Positions 1-6,108 of a stretch of DNA of 7,541 nucleotides are shown here, piece after piece. The position numbers were made by a program, and so were the translations under genes. The stretch covers positions 1-7,541 of IMG/VR virus record IMGVR_UViG_2645727593_000017; one strand, given 5' to 3'. The stretch's first letter is position 1, and each line of letters starts with the position of its first letter. The notes beneath the pieces were generated by a model. The model was not told the origin of the DNA and did not search any database. It worked only from the letters and a program-made list of their open reading frames with translations. Source of the DNA: a virus (lineage: Duplodnaviria > Heunggongvirae > Uroviricota > Caudoviricetes).

Positions 1-1119
1 TCAAATAACCAACTTAACCCATTCCTGACCTCGAGTATCGTTATAGCGATCGGTGGTTGCCTGGACTTTATGTCCTAGTAATGTTTTTGTATCGATACCC
101 TGTGCACGGTACAGCCGTTCTGATAGAGAGCGTTGTTCATGAAATGTTGGCGGAGTTTTTCCTGCTGGTGGAATTATCCCAGCCAGATCCCGTGCTTTGG
201 CAAAGTAGCCGCTCAGGTTGTCTTTACTCATCGGCTTCGGTTGTTTCTGGTGCCGACTATGGATTAGATATGGACTTAATATTCTGTCTCGGCACCCATC
301 AATAACTTCTTTTAACGTTATCCCAATGGCATCACAGCGTAGTGTAAGCGGTAATGCCAGACGCATTCCGGTTTTTCCCTGGGTGATATGCAAGTGTTCG
401 TTCCACACATCTGAAAAACGCATGTGGCAAATGTCATCACGGCGCTGACCAGTAACAATCGCAAGAAGCATTGCGTTACGGATAAAGTGTTTTTCAGGCG
501 TTGTATTGTAAATTTTTTGCCAGTCTTCCATGGTGAGCCTGGCTCTGGTTACTTTAGGGATCGGTTTACGGGTAGCCTCCGGAGGATTCCATCCAGGAGG
601 AACTTCCCCTGCATGCTGTGCTTCTTTATAAATATCAACCCATAATCCACGATTTACTCTCGCTGTGCTGACCATGTCTTTATCCAGCCACTCATCCAGT
701 ATTAATGCAAAGTCTCTTACTTCCAGTTCTTTCAATGGGTGGTTTCCCAGACGGGAAACCAGGTATGCAGCCATTCGAGTTTTTTCTTTGTGAGTTGTAG
801 CTGCAATATCTCCATTTTTCAGTCGCGCGTCCTGTATTTTCAGATATCGATCAACCCATGCCTTTAATCTGATGCCCCGACGTTTTGTTGCTGACGGACT
901 TTCATCAATTTTGCGCATGAAATATTCAGCTTCTGCTGCAGCTATTCGCTGATTGGCTGTGGAAGCGATTTTTTCTGCTTTGCCTTTGTCTGTTCCGAGA
1001 CCGTGAAATTTTCCAGTCACAGGGTTTTTATACTGGTAGTAAACCCTGCCAGTTCTGCGATCAAACTTTTCGTAAAGACCGGTTACGTCAGTGCTGTTTT
1101 TTCGTGGCCTCGGTGACAT
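1..1119 (-). CDS. int: Phage tyrosine integrase (lambda Int family), complete, 372 aa
   Basis: Complete ORF with ATG at 1119-1117 and TGA at 3-1. AAGGAG Shine-Dalgarno lies 10 nt upstream of the start. The N-terminal arm-binding region resembles lambda Int (YYQYKNPVTGKFHGLGTDK). The C-terminus carries tyrosine-recombinase catalytic motifs (HEQRSLSERLY ... LLGHK ... TTDRYNDTRG, with the catalytic Tyr). The start overlaps the 3' end of xis as in lambda. Confidence 0.93.
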   Translation of the reverse strand: MSPRPRKNSTDVTGLYEKFDRRTGRVYYQYKNPVTGKFHGLGTDKGKAEKIASTANQRIAAAEAEYFMRKIDESPSATKRRGIRLKAWVDRYLKIQDARLKNGDIAATTHKEKTRMAAYLVSRLGNHPLKELEVRDFALILDEWLDKDMVSTARVNRGLWVDIYKEAQHAGEVPPGWNPPEATRKPIPKVTRARLTMEDWQKIYNTTPEKHFIRNAMLLAIVTGQRRDDICHMRFSDVWNEHLHITQGKTGMRLALPLTLRCDAIGITLKEVIDGCRDRILSPYLIHSRHQKQPKPMSKDNLSGYFAKARDLAGIIPPAGKTPPTFHEQRSLSERLYRAQGIDTKTLLGHKVQATTDRYNDTRGQEWVKLVI

Positions 1120-1339
1120 GAGTTAAAATCTCCTTCAGTGCATCATCATCGCCAGTATGAATTTCCGGCGCAATTCCCGTTTCACCAGGTCCAACAAATA
1201 CTGCCCGGCGATCTATCAGCCAACGCCCACGAATTTTTTGTGGTCTTGGAACGATGTATCCTAGTTTTCCGTATTTCACCAGGGTAGTGTTTGTTATTGG
1301 GAGACTGAACCGTTTTGGTTTCCACTCGTCGAGCGTCAT
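1088..1339 (-). CDS. xis: Excisionase (Xis/AlpA-like winged-helix DNA-binding protein), about 83 aa
   Basis: The product MTLDEWKPKRFSLPITNTTLVKYGKLGYIVPRPQKIRGRWLIDRRAVFV resembles the lambda Xis N-terminus (LTLQEW ... winged helix). The 3' end overlaps the int start by 32 nt, the usual xis-int arrangement. The start is ambiguous: in-frame ATGs at 1339, 1348 and 1387. Confidence 0.75.
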   Translation of the reverse strand: MTLDEWKPKRFSLPITNTTLVKYGKLGYIVPRPQKIRGRWLIDRRAVFVGPGETGIAPEIHTGDDDALKEILTHVTEATKKQH

Positions 1340-2951
1340 CAAGTGCATTATGGCGCTCACCTTCGAATGGGATAGCCGTTCTGGCATCGAAGTCTATGGC
1401 TTTCCCCAGCTCAACGATTGTGCGTACATCGCGATCGTTGTAGTAACGCCACGGGCAGGGGATCCCCTGCCGTTCGTATGAACGGCGCAAAATCGTGTTG
1501 TCGAAGTTGGCTCCATTTCCCCAGACCTGAACAAAAAATTCACCGGAGTTTTCGTCGATAAATTCCCGCAATTGCAGTAGTGCATCATCTAACGGGATTT
1601 CATCGGTCATAATGGCAGACTGCGCTTCACGTGATTGCTTCAGCCACCATTTAATGGTGTCACGATCAATGACTCCGCCAGCAGTTTCCAGATCGATAGT
1701 CTTACTAAATTCCGGTCCCATATCTCCGGTTTGCGGATCGAAAAATATTGCACCTATTGAGATAATCGGGGCATCAGGATTTTTTCCCATGGTTTCAAGG
1801 TCGATCATTAGATGGTCACACGTCCTGCTGGTGGATGTGATAACGCGATGACCGTTCACCGTAATTAAGGGATCTGCCGTCTCGCCAGTTTCACTATCGC
1901 TGGCGTGATCCTGAGCGCTGCCAGCATTCTCCTTGTGTGGATGTTCAGCGCCTTCCATTTTCTCCGAATCGTCTTCCTGAACTTCAACCTGGTTCTTGTC
2001 ATCGAATGTTTCCTGGTATGTTGCGTCGCCCATCACCGCACCACAATCAGGGCAGTTGCCACCGCCGGTCTGACCGCAGGCGGTGCAGACTTTTTCCACT
2101 TCCTGTTGCGCCACTGGTTCAGGCTGTTTCGTTTCTGGCTCGTTTTGTAACGCATTTGGGCTGTTTTGTTCCGCTTTCTGGTCGTTCTGTTCCGTTTCTT
2201 GCTGGTTCTGGTTCACAGAATCGCGGGTTTCAATCCCCTTCACCCATTTCGGATCATTCGGGTCGCTAATCCCTGCAACAAATTCACCACGTGATGCGGC
2301 GAGCAACTGATTGGCGTCAGGCTGGCTGATATTGGCTGCCTGCATAATTTTGTTTACTTCGTCAGCGGTAACTTTTACCGGTTCTGGCTGTGCGGTCGTG
2401 TCAGATGCACCAGTATTTTGTTGTGAACCTGAGTATGTACTGTTTTTGCGGGCGAAATATTCTTCTTTCGTGATTTCAGTAGCCCCGGCAGCCAGCGCCT
2501 TATCCAGACCAGAAAGTTTGTTTGCGCGACCGTATTTTTCGCCATCCTTGTCGGTGAAGAGGAAGTAGAACGGCCCCTCACGCTCTACAGATGGTTCGAC
2601 TTCCACTTTGCATTCGGTTTTTTCGTTGTCCGGAATTGCCGTTTCCACTGCATCAGTTTCTGGTACTGGCGACGAGAGAGTATCAGTTGCGCTCTGATTT
2701 GTTCCTTCATCTTCAAACACGCCCTTTGTAGTCAGGTATTCAGTAATGTATTTGTTCAGTGCCACAGGATCTTTGTGAATGTCGATCGGACGTTCACGGA
2801 CAAGGCCAAAAATAGTCTGGCGGTCGTAGCGAAGGGCATCAGGCTGTTTGCGCATCGATGCCGAGATACGCTTCCAGTCTTCGCGGTCGTTGTCGATAAC
2901 TTCATTTTTTGCCCAGCGATGGATGCTGCCGTCAATGTTTCCGGCATCCAC
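1182..2951 (-). CDS. Large acidic protein with C4 zinc ribbon and C-terminal DEDDh (DnaQ-like) 3'-5' exonuclease domain; probably the downstream part of an ~850-codon frame interrupted by TGA at 2961-2963
   Basis: 589-codon ORF. Exo I motif MIDLETMG at nt 1788-1808, Exo II WGNGANFDNTIL around nt 1500-1517, Exo III HNALDDA (H-x-A-x-x-D-A) at nt 1332-1352. CTACGQTGGGNCPDC (C-x2-C-x7-C-x2-C) zinc ribbon at nt 2043-2087. Q/E-rich acidic linker upstream of the ribbon. The ORF begins with GTG directly after an in-frame TGA, with no Shine-Dalgarno and no ATG until codon 33. Confidence 0.7.
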   Translation of the reverse strand: MDAGNIDGSIHRWAKNEVIDNDREDWKRISASMRKQPDALRYDRQTIFGLVRERPIDIHKDPVALNKYITEYLTTKGVFEDEGTNQSATDTLSSPVPETDAVETAIPDNEKTECKVEVEPSVEREGPFYFLFTDKDGEKYGRANKLSGLDKALAAGATEITKEEYFARKNSTYSGSQQNTGASDTTAQPEPVKVTADEVNKIMQAANISQPDANQLLAASRGEFVAGISDPNDPKWVKGIETRDSVNQNQQETEQNDQKAEQNSPNALQNEPETKQPEPVAQQEVEKVCTACGQTGGGNCPDCGAVMGDATYQETFDDKNQVEVQEDDSEKMEGAEHPHKENAGSAQDHASDSETGETADPLITVNGHRVITSTSRTCDHLMIDLETMGKNPDAPIISIGAIFFDPQTGDMGPEFSKTIDLETAGGVIDRDTIKWWLKQSREAQSAIMTDEIPLDDALLQLREFIDENSGEFFVQVWGNGANFDNTILRRSYERQGIPCPWRYYNDRDVRTIVELGKAIDFDARTAIPFEGERHNALDDARRVETKTVQSPNNKHYPGEIRKTRIHRSKTTKNSWALADRSPGSICWTW

Positions 2952-2960
2952 ATCACCAGG

Positions 2961-3737
2961 TCAGAGAGCGTAGGCCAGTTCGTCATCCAGTGTTTTCCAT
3001 GTCTGCTTATATTCGCGACGAATGACTGCAGTGACAGGGGGGATTTTTTCTGCTGAGTTTTCAGTGTGCTGTCGGTGGACTCTGGCGCGGGCGAGATCAA
3101 CAACAGACGTGTATTTTCCGGTTTCCTTGCGTTCACCTTCGCGACGTTTTTTCCAGATGCGCATCTCTGCCTGAATTTCGGGCCATTTGGCACCAGGCTT
3201 ACATTTATGCTTAACCCACCCGATGGCATGCAGCTTAAGCTCCGGATACATGGCGTTAACTTCTGGCATTTTCATCAACGCTTCAACGATATGTCCGTCG
3301 AATGTTGCCATGTCTTCCTGCAACAATTCCTGCGCGCTAATCACCATATCAACGGTGATGTTTTCACATGTGTCGAACTTAACCATGACAGCGTTCTGTA
3401 CTTCAAGGGACAGTTTGTCAAAATTGACGTTCATCGGTTCGGATTCTGGTTCGACCGGAATAAAGGAAGCGGATTCCTCATCCCAGCGGTTTTCCTGCAT
3501 ATATTCGGTATCCCAGGAGTCGATAGCAGGGCGGGGCATGCCGGGTTTATCCTCGCAGATAAGAAATTTATAAGCGCAGTCCTGAGCAGCCGGATATTGC
3601 TCCAGGAATTGCCAGGTAAATTTGGCACGGGCGCGGCGTTCGTCACCGGCTTCAATGGCAGTGGCTACAGCAACTGCACCTTCTTCCTTTATTGCCTGTT
3701 CGTCCGGAATGGCGGCGCAAATAAAGACTTTACTCAT
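2961..3737 (-). CDS. Hypothetical acidic protein, 258 aa; likely the N-terminal part of the interrupted large nuclease gene
   Basis: ATG at 3737 with GAGG 10 nt upstream. Same strand and same reading frame as ORF 1182-2951, separated from it only by TGA-CCT-GGT-GAT. The composition looks protein-like, whereas the antisense ORF 3066-3755 is F/G/L-rich, typical of a mirror frame. No recognisable motifs. Confidence 0.6.
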   Translation of the reverse strand: MSKVFICAAIPDEQAIKEEGAVAVATAIEAGDERRARAKFTWQFLEQYPAAQDCAYKFLICEDKPGMPRPAIDSWDTEYMQENRWDEESASFIPVEPESEPMNVNFDKLSLEVQNAVMVKFDTCENITVDMVISAQELLQEDMATFDGHIVEALMKMPEVNAMYPELKLHAIGWVKHKCKPGAKWPEIQAEMRIWKKRREGERKETGKYTSVVDLARARVHRQHTENSAEKIPPVTAVIRREYKQTWKTLDDELAYAL

Positions 3738-3860
3738 TTTGTTTTAACCTCATGACAGATTTAAGGATGAACAAATCCCTGCCATTGCTGGCATATAAGA
3801 ATCAAATCTGATGTATTCATTAAGCTGAATGTCGTATTGTGGCAGTTATTTTATTACTGC

Positions 3861-4082
3861 TCACCATGACTCTGCTTTTACAGGTAAACCATCACGACCA
3901 AGGAAGACTTTAATCATGGTTTCCTTAATACAGTGTTGTGTGGAAAAATCACGAATATAGAGCCGTTGTTTTTTAATGTTGTTTACCGAAGCAATATATG
4001 TTCTTCCTTTATGAATAACATAATCACCGGGAGTCACGCACTGACGAGGAATCTCATCAGTTCCGAAGTGATGAGCAATCAT
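3861..4082 (-). CDS. kilR: KilR-like small killing / cell-division inhibitor protein, 73 aa
   Basis: The [76 protein letters not shown] matches in length and sequence my recollection of Rac KilR. The start was chosen at the ATG at 4082, which has GGAG 6 nt upstream; the track ORF begins 4 codons earlier. Position left of the immunity region fits Rac gene order. Confidence 0.6.
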   Translation of the reverse strand: MIAHHFGTDEIPRQCVTPGDYVIHKGRTYIASVNNIKKQRLYIRDFSTQHCIKETMIKVFLGRDGLPVKAESW

Positions 4083-4655
4083 AATTATCTCCATTTTTAC
4101 AAATGAACTTTGTTGATGCGGTGCCTGGTGCCTCCAGGTGACGTTAACCAGTTAACAATTAACGCCGGATACAGAGAGCCCACCCATAACACTGTTTTTG
4201 GTTTTAACTGTTCCGCGTGCGCTCAGCCGCATTCACCGCATCACAAAACTCACTTTAAAAAGGGCGGCAGACCAGTCACGGAGTAAAACTGATACCGCCA
4301 AACGTCACCAGAAAATTGATAACAGAGGGCGTTGCAGCGGGGTTGTCACTTAAGCGTATGGTCAACCTGACAACCCGGTGTCCTCAACGGGGGAAGGAAT
4401 AACCCCGCCATACTTACCGCCGCGCCATTTCGCGGATTGCCACAACCGGAAGCGCACGGTCGACGAAAATTTAACGACAGGCTATCTATGAACCAGCTAC
4501 CTCGCCGTGCGCTTTCGCGTTATGGTCTGACTTTTCAGGGAAATATCCTTTCAGTAAACTGTCAGTGCCGGATGCTCACCCGTGTCCGGCGCAAGCACTC
4601 CACCTCACCCGTGGAGAACTCCTTAATTACCAACCTTAGCTTCGTTGGTTAGCTA

Positions 4656-4874
4656 TTAACGCGGGTATGTAATCATTCTGGCAATGGTTAATGCCGCTGC
4701 TTTTTCCAGATTGGTGATATCCTGCTCCAGAGAGGACAGATTTTCAGCCTGCTTAGCCCTGACTTCATTAGCCCATTTCAGATCCTGCGCTGCATTAATT
4801 TTCTGGTGCATCCACTCATAAAGTTCATCATTGGTATAGTCTGGCGCGATGATGACGGGTTCTCGTTTCTGCAT
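4656..4874 (-). CDS. Hypothetical small protein, 72 aa, early-left operon
   Basis: ATG at 4874 preceded by GAGGA (spacer about 6 nt). Lies directly downstream of the 42-codon ORF in a PL-driven cluster. No recognisable motif. Confidence 0.5.
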   Translation of the reverse strand: MQKREPVIIAPDYTNDELYEWMHQKINAAQDLKWANEVRAKQAENLSSLEQDITNLEKAAALTIARMITYPR

Positions 4875-4903
4875 ACTGATTCCTCGCGGTGCTGTTTCGC
4901 TTA

Positions 4904-5032
4904 TCAGCCATTAGATTTTGCCGAACTGGAAAGCACCTGTTTAAATTCGTTGAAGCTGTGAGCTTCTTCGCCTTCGGCAAGGCCTTCGAAGTATTCTTCG
5001 TAAGCCTTTTCCATGATTGTGTCGAAATCCAT
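4904..5032 (-). CDS. Hypothetical small acidic protein, 42 aa (below the ORF-track size cutoff)
   Basis: Minus-strand ORF MDFDTIMEKAYEEYFEGLAEGEEAHSFNEFKQVLSSSAKSNG. Its ATG at 5032-5030 sits 1 nt after the TGA of the upstream ORF (TGAtATG), suggesting translational coupling. GGTGGG lies upstream. Confidence 0.35.
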   Translation of the reverse strand: MDFDTIMEKAYEEYFEGLAEGEEAHSFNEFKQVLSSSAKSNG

Positions 5033-5033
5033 A

Positions 5034-5270
5034 TCACCCACCTGAATTTCTTTCCAGCCAGCGACGCGCTCCAGATTCGGTTTTAAACGTTTTGCTTTTG
5101 GTATACGTCATTGCGGTGAACGTACCGTACTGGTTGGGGAACACGCCACATACCAGAGATTCGCTGTTGCCAAGATCGATAGTATCCATGCTGACCTCAT
5201 TTCCCCTTAACGCCGGGGTAGCGGAACAAAAACCTGCTGCATAGTTATTAAAGTTGAACCCTGCCGTCAT
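5034..5270 (-). CDS. Hypothetical small protein, first gene downstream of PL (78 aa from ATG 5270, or 51 aa from ATG 5189)
   Basis: ORF ... MDTIDLGNSESLVCGVFPNQYGTFTAMTYTKSKTFKTESGARRWLERNSGG. Both candidate starts have GAGG upstream. It sits about 95 nt downstream of the predicted PL transcription start. Possibly equivalent to the small ydaF/ydaG-type Rac genes, but I cannot confirm this. Confidence 0.5.
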   Translation of the reverse strand: MTAGFNFNNYAAGFCSATPALRGNEVSMDTIDLGNSESLVCGVFPNQYGTFTAMTYTKSKTFKTESGARRWLERNSGG

Positions 5271-5370
5271 GTTCTTACGCCTCGGGCTGGCTACTTAACC
5301 CGTGACCACTGCCTGGTAACTCGAGGTATTGCCCTGTATTGTGTGGGACGGGATGGGTTGGTATGGGAAA

Positions 5371-5399
5371 ACTATAGGAAATGCCTAATTACTTGTCAA
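5371..5399 (-). promoter_or_regulatory. PL-like early leftward promoter: -35 TTGACA (5399-5394), 17-bp spacer, -10 TATAGT (5376-5371)
   Basis: Read on the minus strand: TTGACA-agtaattaggcatttcc-TATAGT. The -35 is consensus, the -10 is a 5/6 match and the spacing is optimal. Operator half-sites GCCTAAT overlap the spacer and the -35. Confidence 0.55.
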
Positions 5400-5435
5400 T
5401 AGGCTATGCCTAATAATTTGGGCGCAACCTAATAG
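5380..5435. promoter_or_regulatory. OL-like operator cluster (ATAGGC-TAT-GCCTAAT plus flanking CCTAAT half-sites)
   Basis: Positions 5393-5415 are the exact reverse complement of 6037-6059. The palindromic half-site GCCTAAT/ATTAGGC occurs at 5383-5389, 5409-5415 and, as CCTAAT, at 5429-5434. Confidence 0.5.
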
Positions 5436-5472
5436 GTGATGGTTTGTGGAAGAGGTAGTAGGAGTTAACTAA

Positions 5473-5492
5473 CGGGAACTAGGAATTTCCCG
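5473..5492 (-). terminator. Candidate stem-loop downstream of the repressor gene (CGGGAA-N8-TTCCCG), weak intrinsic terminator
   Basis: 6-bp GC-rich stem with 8-nt loop, 16 nt past the repressor stop codon. On the minus strand it is followed by TTAGTT, only a weak U-tract. Confidence 0.3.
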
Positions 5493-5507
5493 TCGGACCA
5501 TATAAGT

Positions 5508-5984
5508 TTAAGTTCCTGTCTTGGTGATGTTCTGGCTTTTCCGTTTTGATGCTTGATTTTTCAGATAGTTAGCTACCTTCATTTCCATTGCGGCAATGTA
5601 GGCGCGAACGTCATGATCAACCCAACTAGGCTCCGTAGCATTTCCAGATAAGATGAAAGCCACAATTGCTCTTTTTTCATCAGAGGCGGCTTGATAAAGG
5701 CTGTTTATGTCTAAAAGTTCACTTTTTGTATCTGAAGTGGATGGGGTTGGTATGGGGTATTCGTTAAGCCCCCAATGCTCTGGACCAACCACATCAGAAA
5801 AGAAACGCCATAGTTCTGGAAGTTTGTCTTTACTTATCGAACCTTTCTTAATCCAGTCATGGATTGATGGTGGTTGGACTTTGAAATGACGTGCGATTTC
5901 CGCCTTTGATTTGACGGCTCCTGATGCAATTTTTTTGTTAATGGCCTGCTCTATCGCTCGGCCTAAATCTTTACCACTAAGCAT
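5508..5984 (-). CDS. racR: Prophage immunity repressor, HTH_XRE type, 158 aa, no LexA-like peptidase domain (RacR-like)
   Basis: ATG at 5984 with AGGAGA upstream. HTH segment KSKAEIARHFKVQPPSIHDWIKKG. Divergent from a cro-like gene and flanked by operator/promoter inverted repeats. Length and neighbourhood (KilR-like to the left, YdaS/YdaT-like to the right) match Rac. The symbol is assigned by architecture, not by sequence recall. Confidence 0.65.
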   Translation of the reverse strand: MLSGKDLGRAIEQAINKKIASGAVKSKAEIARHFKVQPPSIHDWIKKGSISKDKLPELWRFFSDVVGPEHWGLNEYPIPTPSTSDTKSELLDINSLYQAASDEKRAIVAFILSGNATEPSWVDHDVRAYIAAMEMKVANYLKNQASKRKSQNITKTGT

Positions 5985-6036
5985 TGCTTAATAGTCTCCT
6001 ATGCGCATCGCGTTAGGCAATCCCTACTCTCGATGT

Positions 6037-6079
6037 ATTAGGCATAGCCTATTGACAATTTCATTAGGCTAAGCCTAAT
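6037..6079. promoter_or_regulatory. OR-like operators: ATTAGGC-ATA-GCCTATT (6038-6054) and perfect palindrome ATTAGGC-TAA-GCCTAAT (6063-6079)
   Basis: Two 17-bp palindromes with 7-bp arms and 3-bp centre, 25 bp apart centre to centre, overlapping PR. The left one is part of the 23-bp inverted repeat shared with OL. Confidence 0.55.
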
Positions 6080-6081
6080 AT
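6052..6081 (+). promoter_or_regulatory. PR-like early rightward promoter: -35 TTGACA (6052-6057), -10 TAATAT (6076-6081, 18-bp spacer) or CTAATA (17-bp spacer)
   Basis: Consensus -35 located 52 bp upstream of the cro-like ATG. The -10 region is embedded in the perfect operator palindrome. Confidence 0.5.
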
Positions 6082-6108
6082 TGTTGCGTGTTTTTTGGAG
6101 TTCATTCG

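Noticed and set aside
57-645. Plus-strand ORFs of 82, 76 and 73 aa (57-305, 218-448, 424-645) inside the integrase gene
   Set aside because: They are antisense to a well-supported integrase CDS, overlap one another in different frames, and have no ribosome-binding sites and biased (C/F/L-rich) composition. They are mirror-frame artefacts.
1254-2581. Multiple plus-strand ORFs (1254-1481, 1612-1851, 1905-2150, 1937-2269, 2083-2310, 2311-2568) and minus-strand ORFs 1394-1588 and 2375-2581
   Set aside because: All lie within the 589-codon exonuclease ORF in other frames or antisense. Their products are Cys/Phe/Arg/Ser-rich low-complexity strings, typical of alternative frames of an acidic gene.
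2756-3755. Minus-strand 157-aa ORF 2756-3229 and plus-strand ORFs 2775-3056, 3066-3755 (229 aa), 3187-3573 and minus 3431-3655
   Set aside because: They overlap the 258-aa and 589-aa ORFs, whose frame is continuous and has protein-like composition. The 229-aa plus-strand ORF is long but F/G/L-rich and runs against the operon direction, so it is most likely a shadow ORF.
4120-4140. Hairpin CCTGG-N6-CCAGG just upstream of kilR, and hairpin TGCCA-ttgc-TGGCA at 3805-3818, considered as intrinsic terminators
   Set aside because: Short stems and no U-tract on either strand. More likely incidental palindromes or, at best, RNA processing or stability elements.
4437-4652. Plus-strand 71-aa ORF (internal ATG at 4489, Arg-rich product)
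   Set aside because: No convincing Shine-Dalgarno, the start is called at a non-ATG codon, it lies opposite to flanking transcription, and it coincides with hairpin-rich sequence. Kept only as part of the unexplained-gap finding.
4828-5086. Minus-strand 69-aa ORF 4828-5037 and plus-strand 65-aa ORF 4889-5086
   Set aside because: They are alternative frames over the coupled small ORFs. The 42-codon ORF with its TGAtATG coupling and the downstream SD-supported 72-codon ORF explain the region better.
5271-5365. Search for a nutL-like boxA/boxB antitermination site in the PL leader
   Set aside because: No boxA-like CGCTCTTA motif, only a weak 4-bp hairpin (ACCA-GGCAG-TGGT), and no N-like gene in the window. 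Not supported.
5707-5889. Plus-strand 60-aa ORF inside the repressor gene
   Set aside because: Antisense to the repressor CDS and without translation signals.
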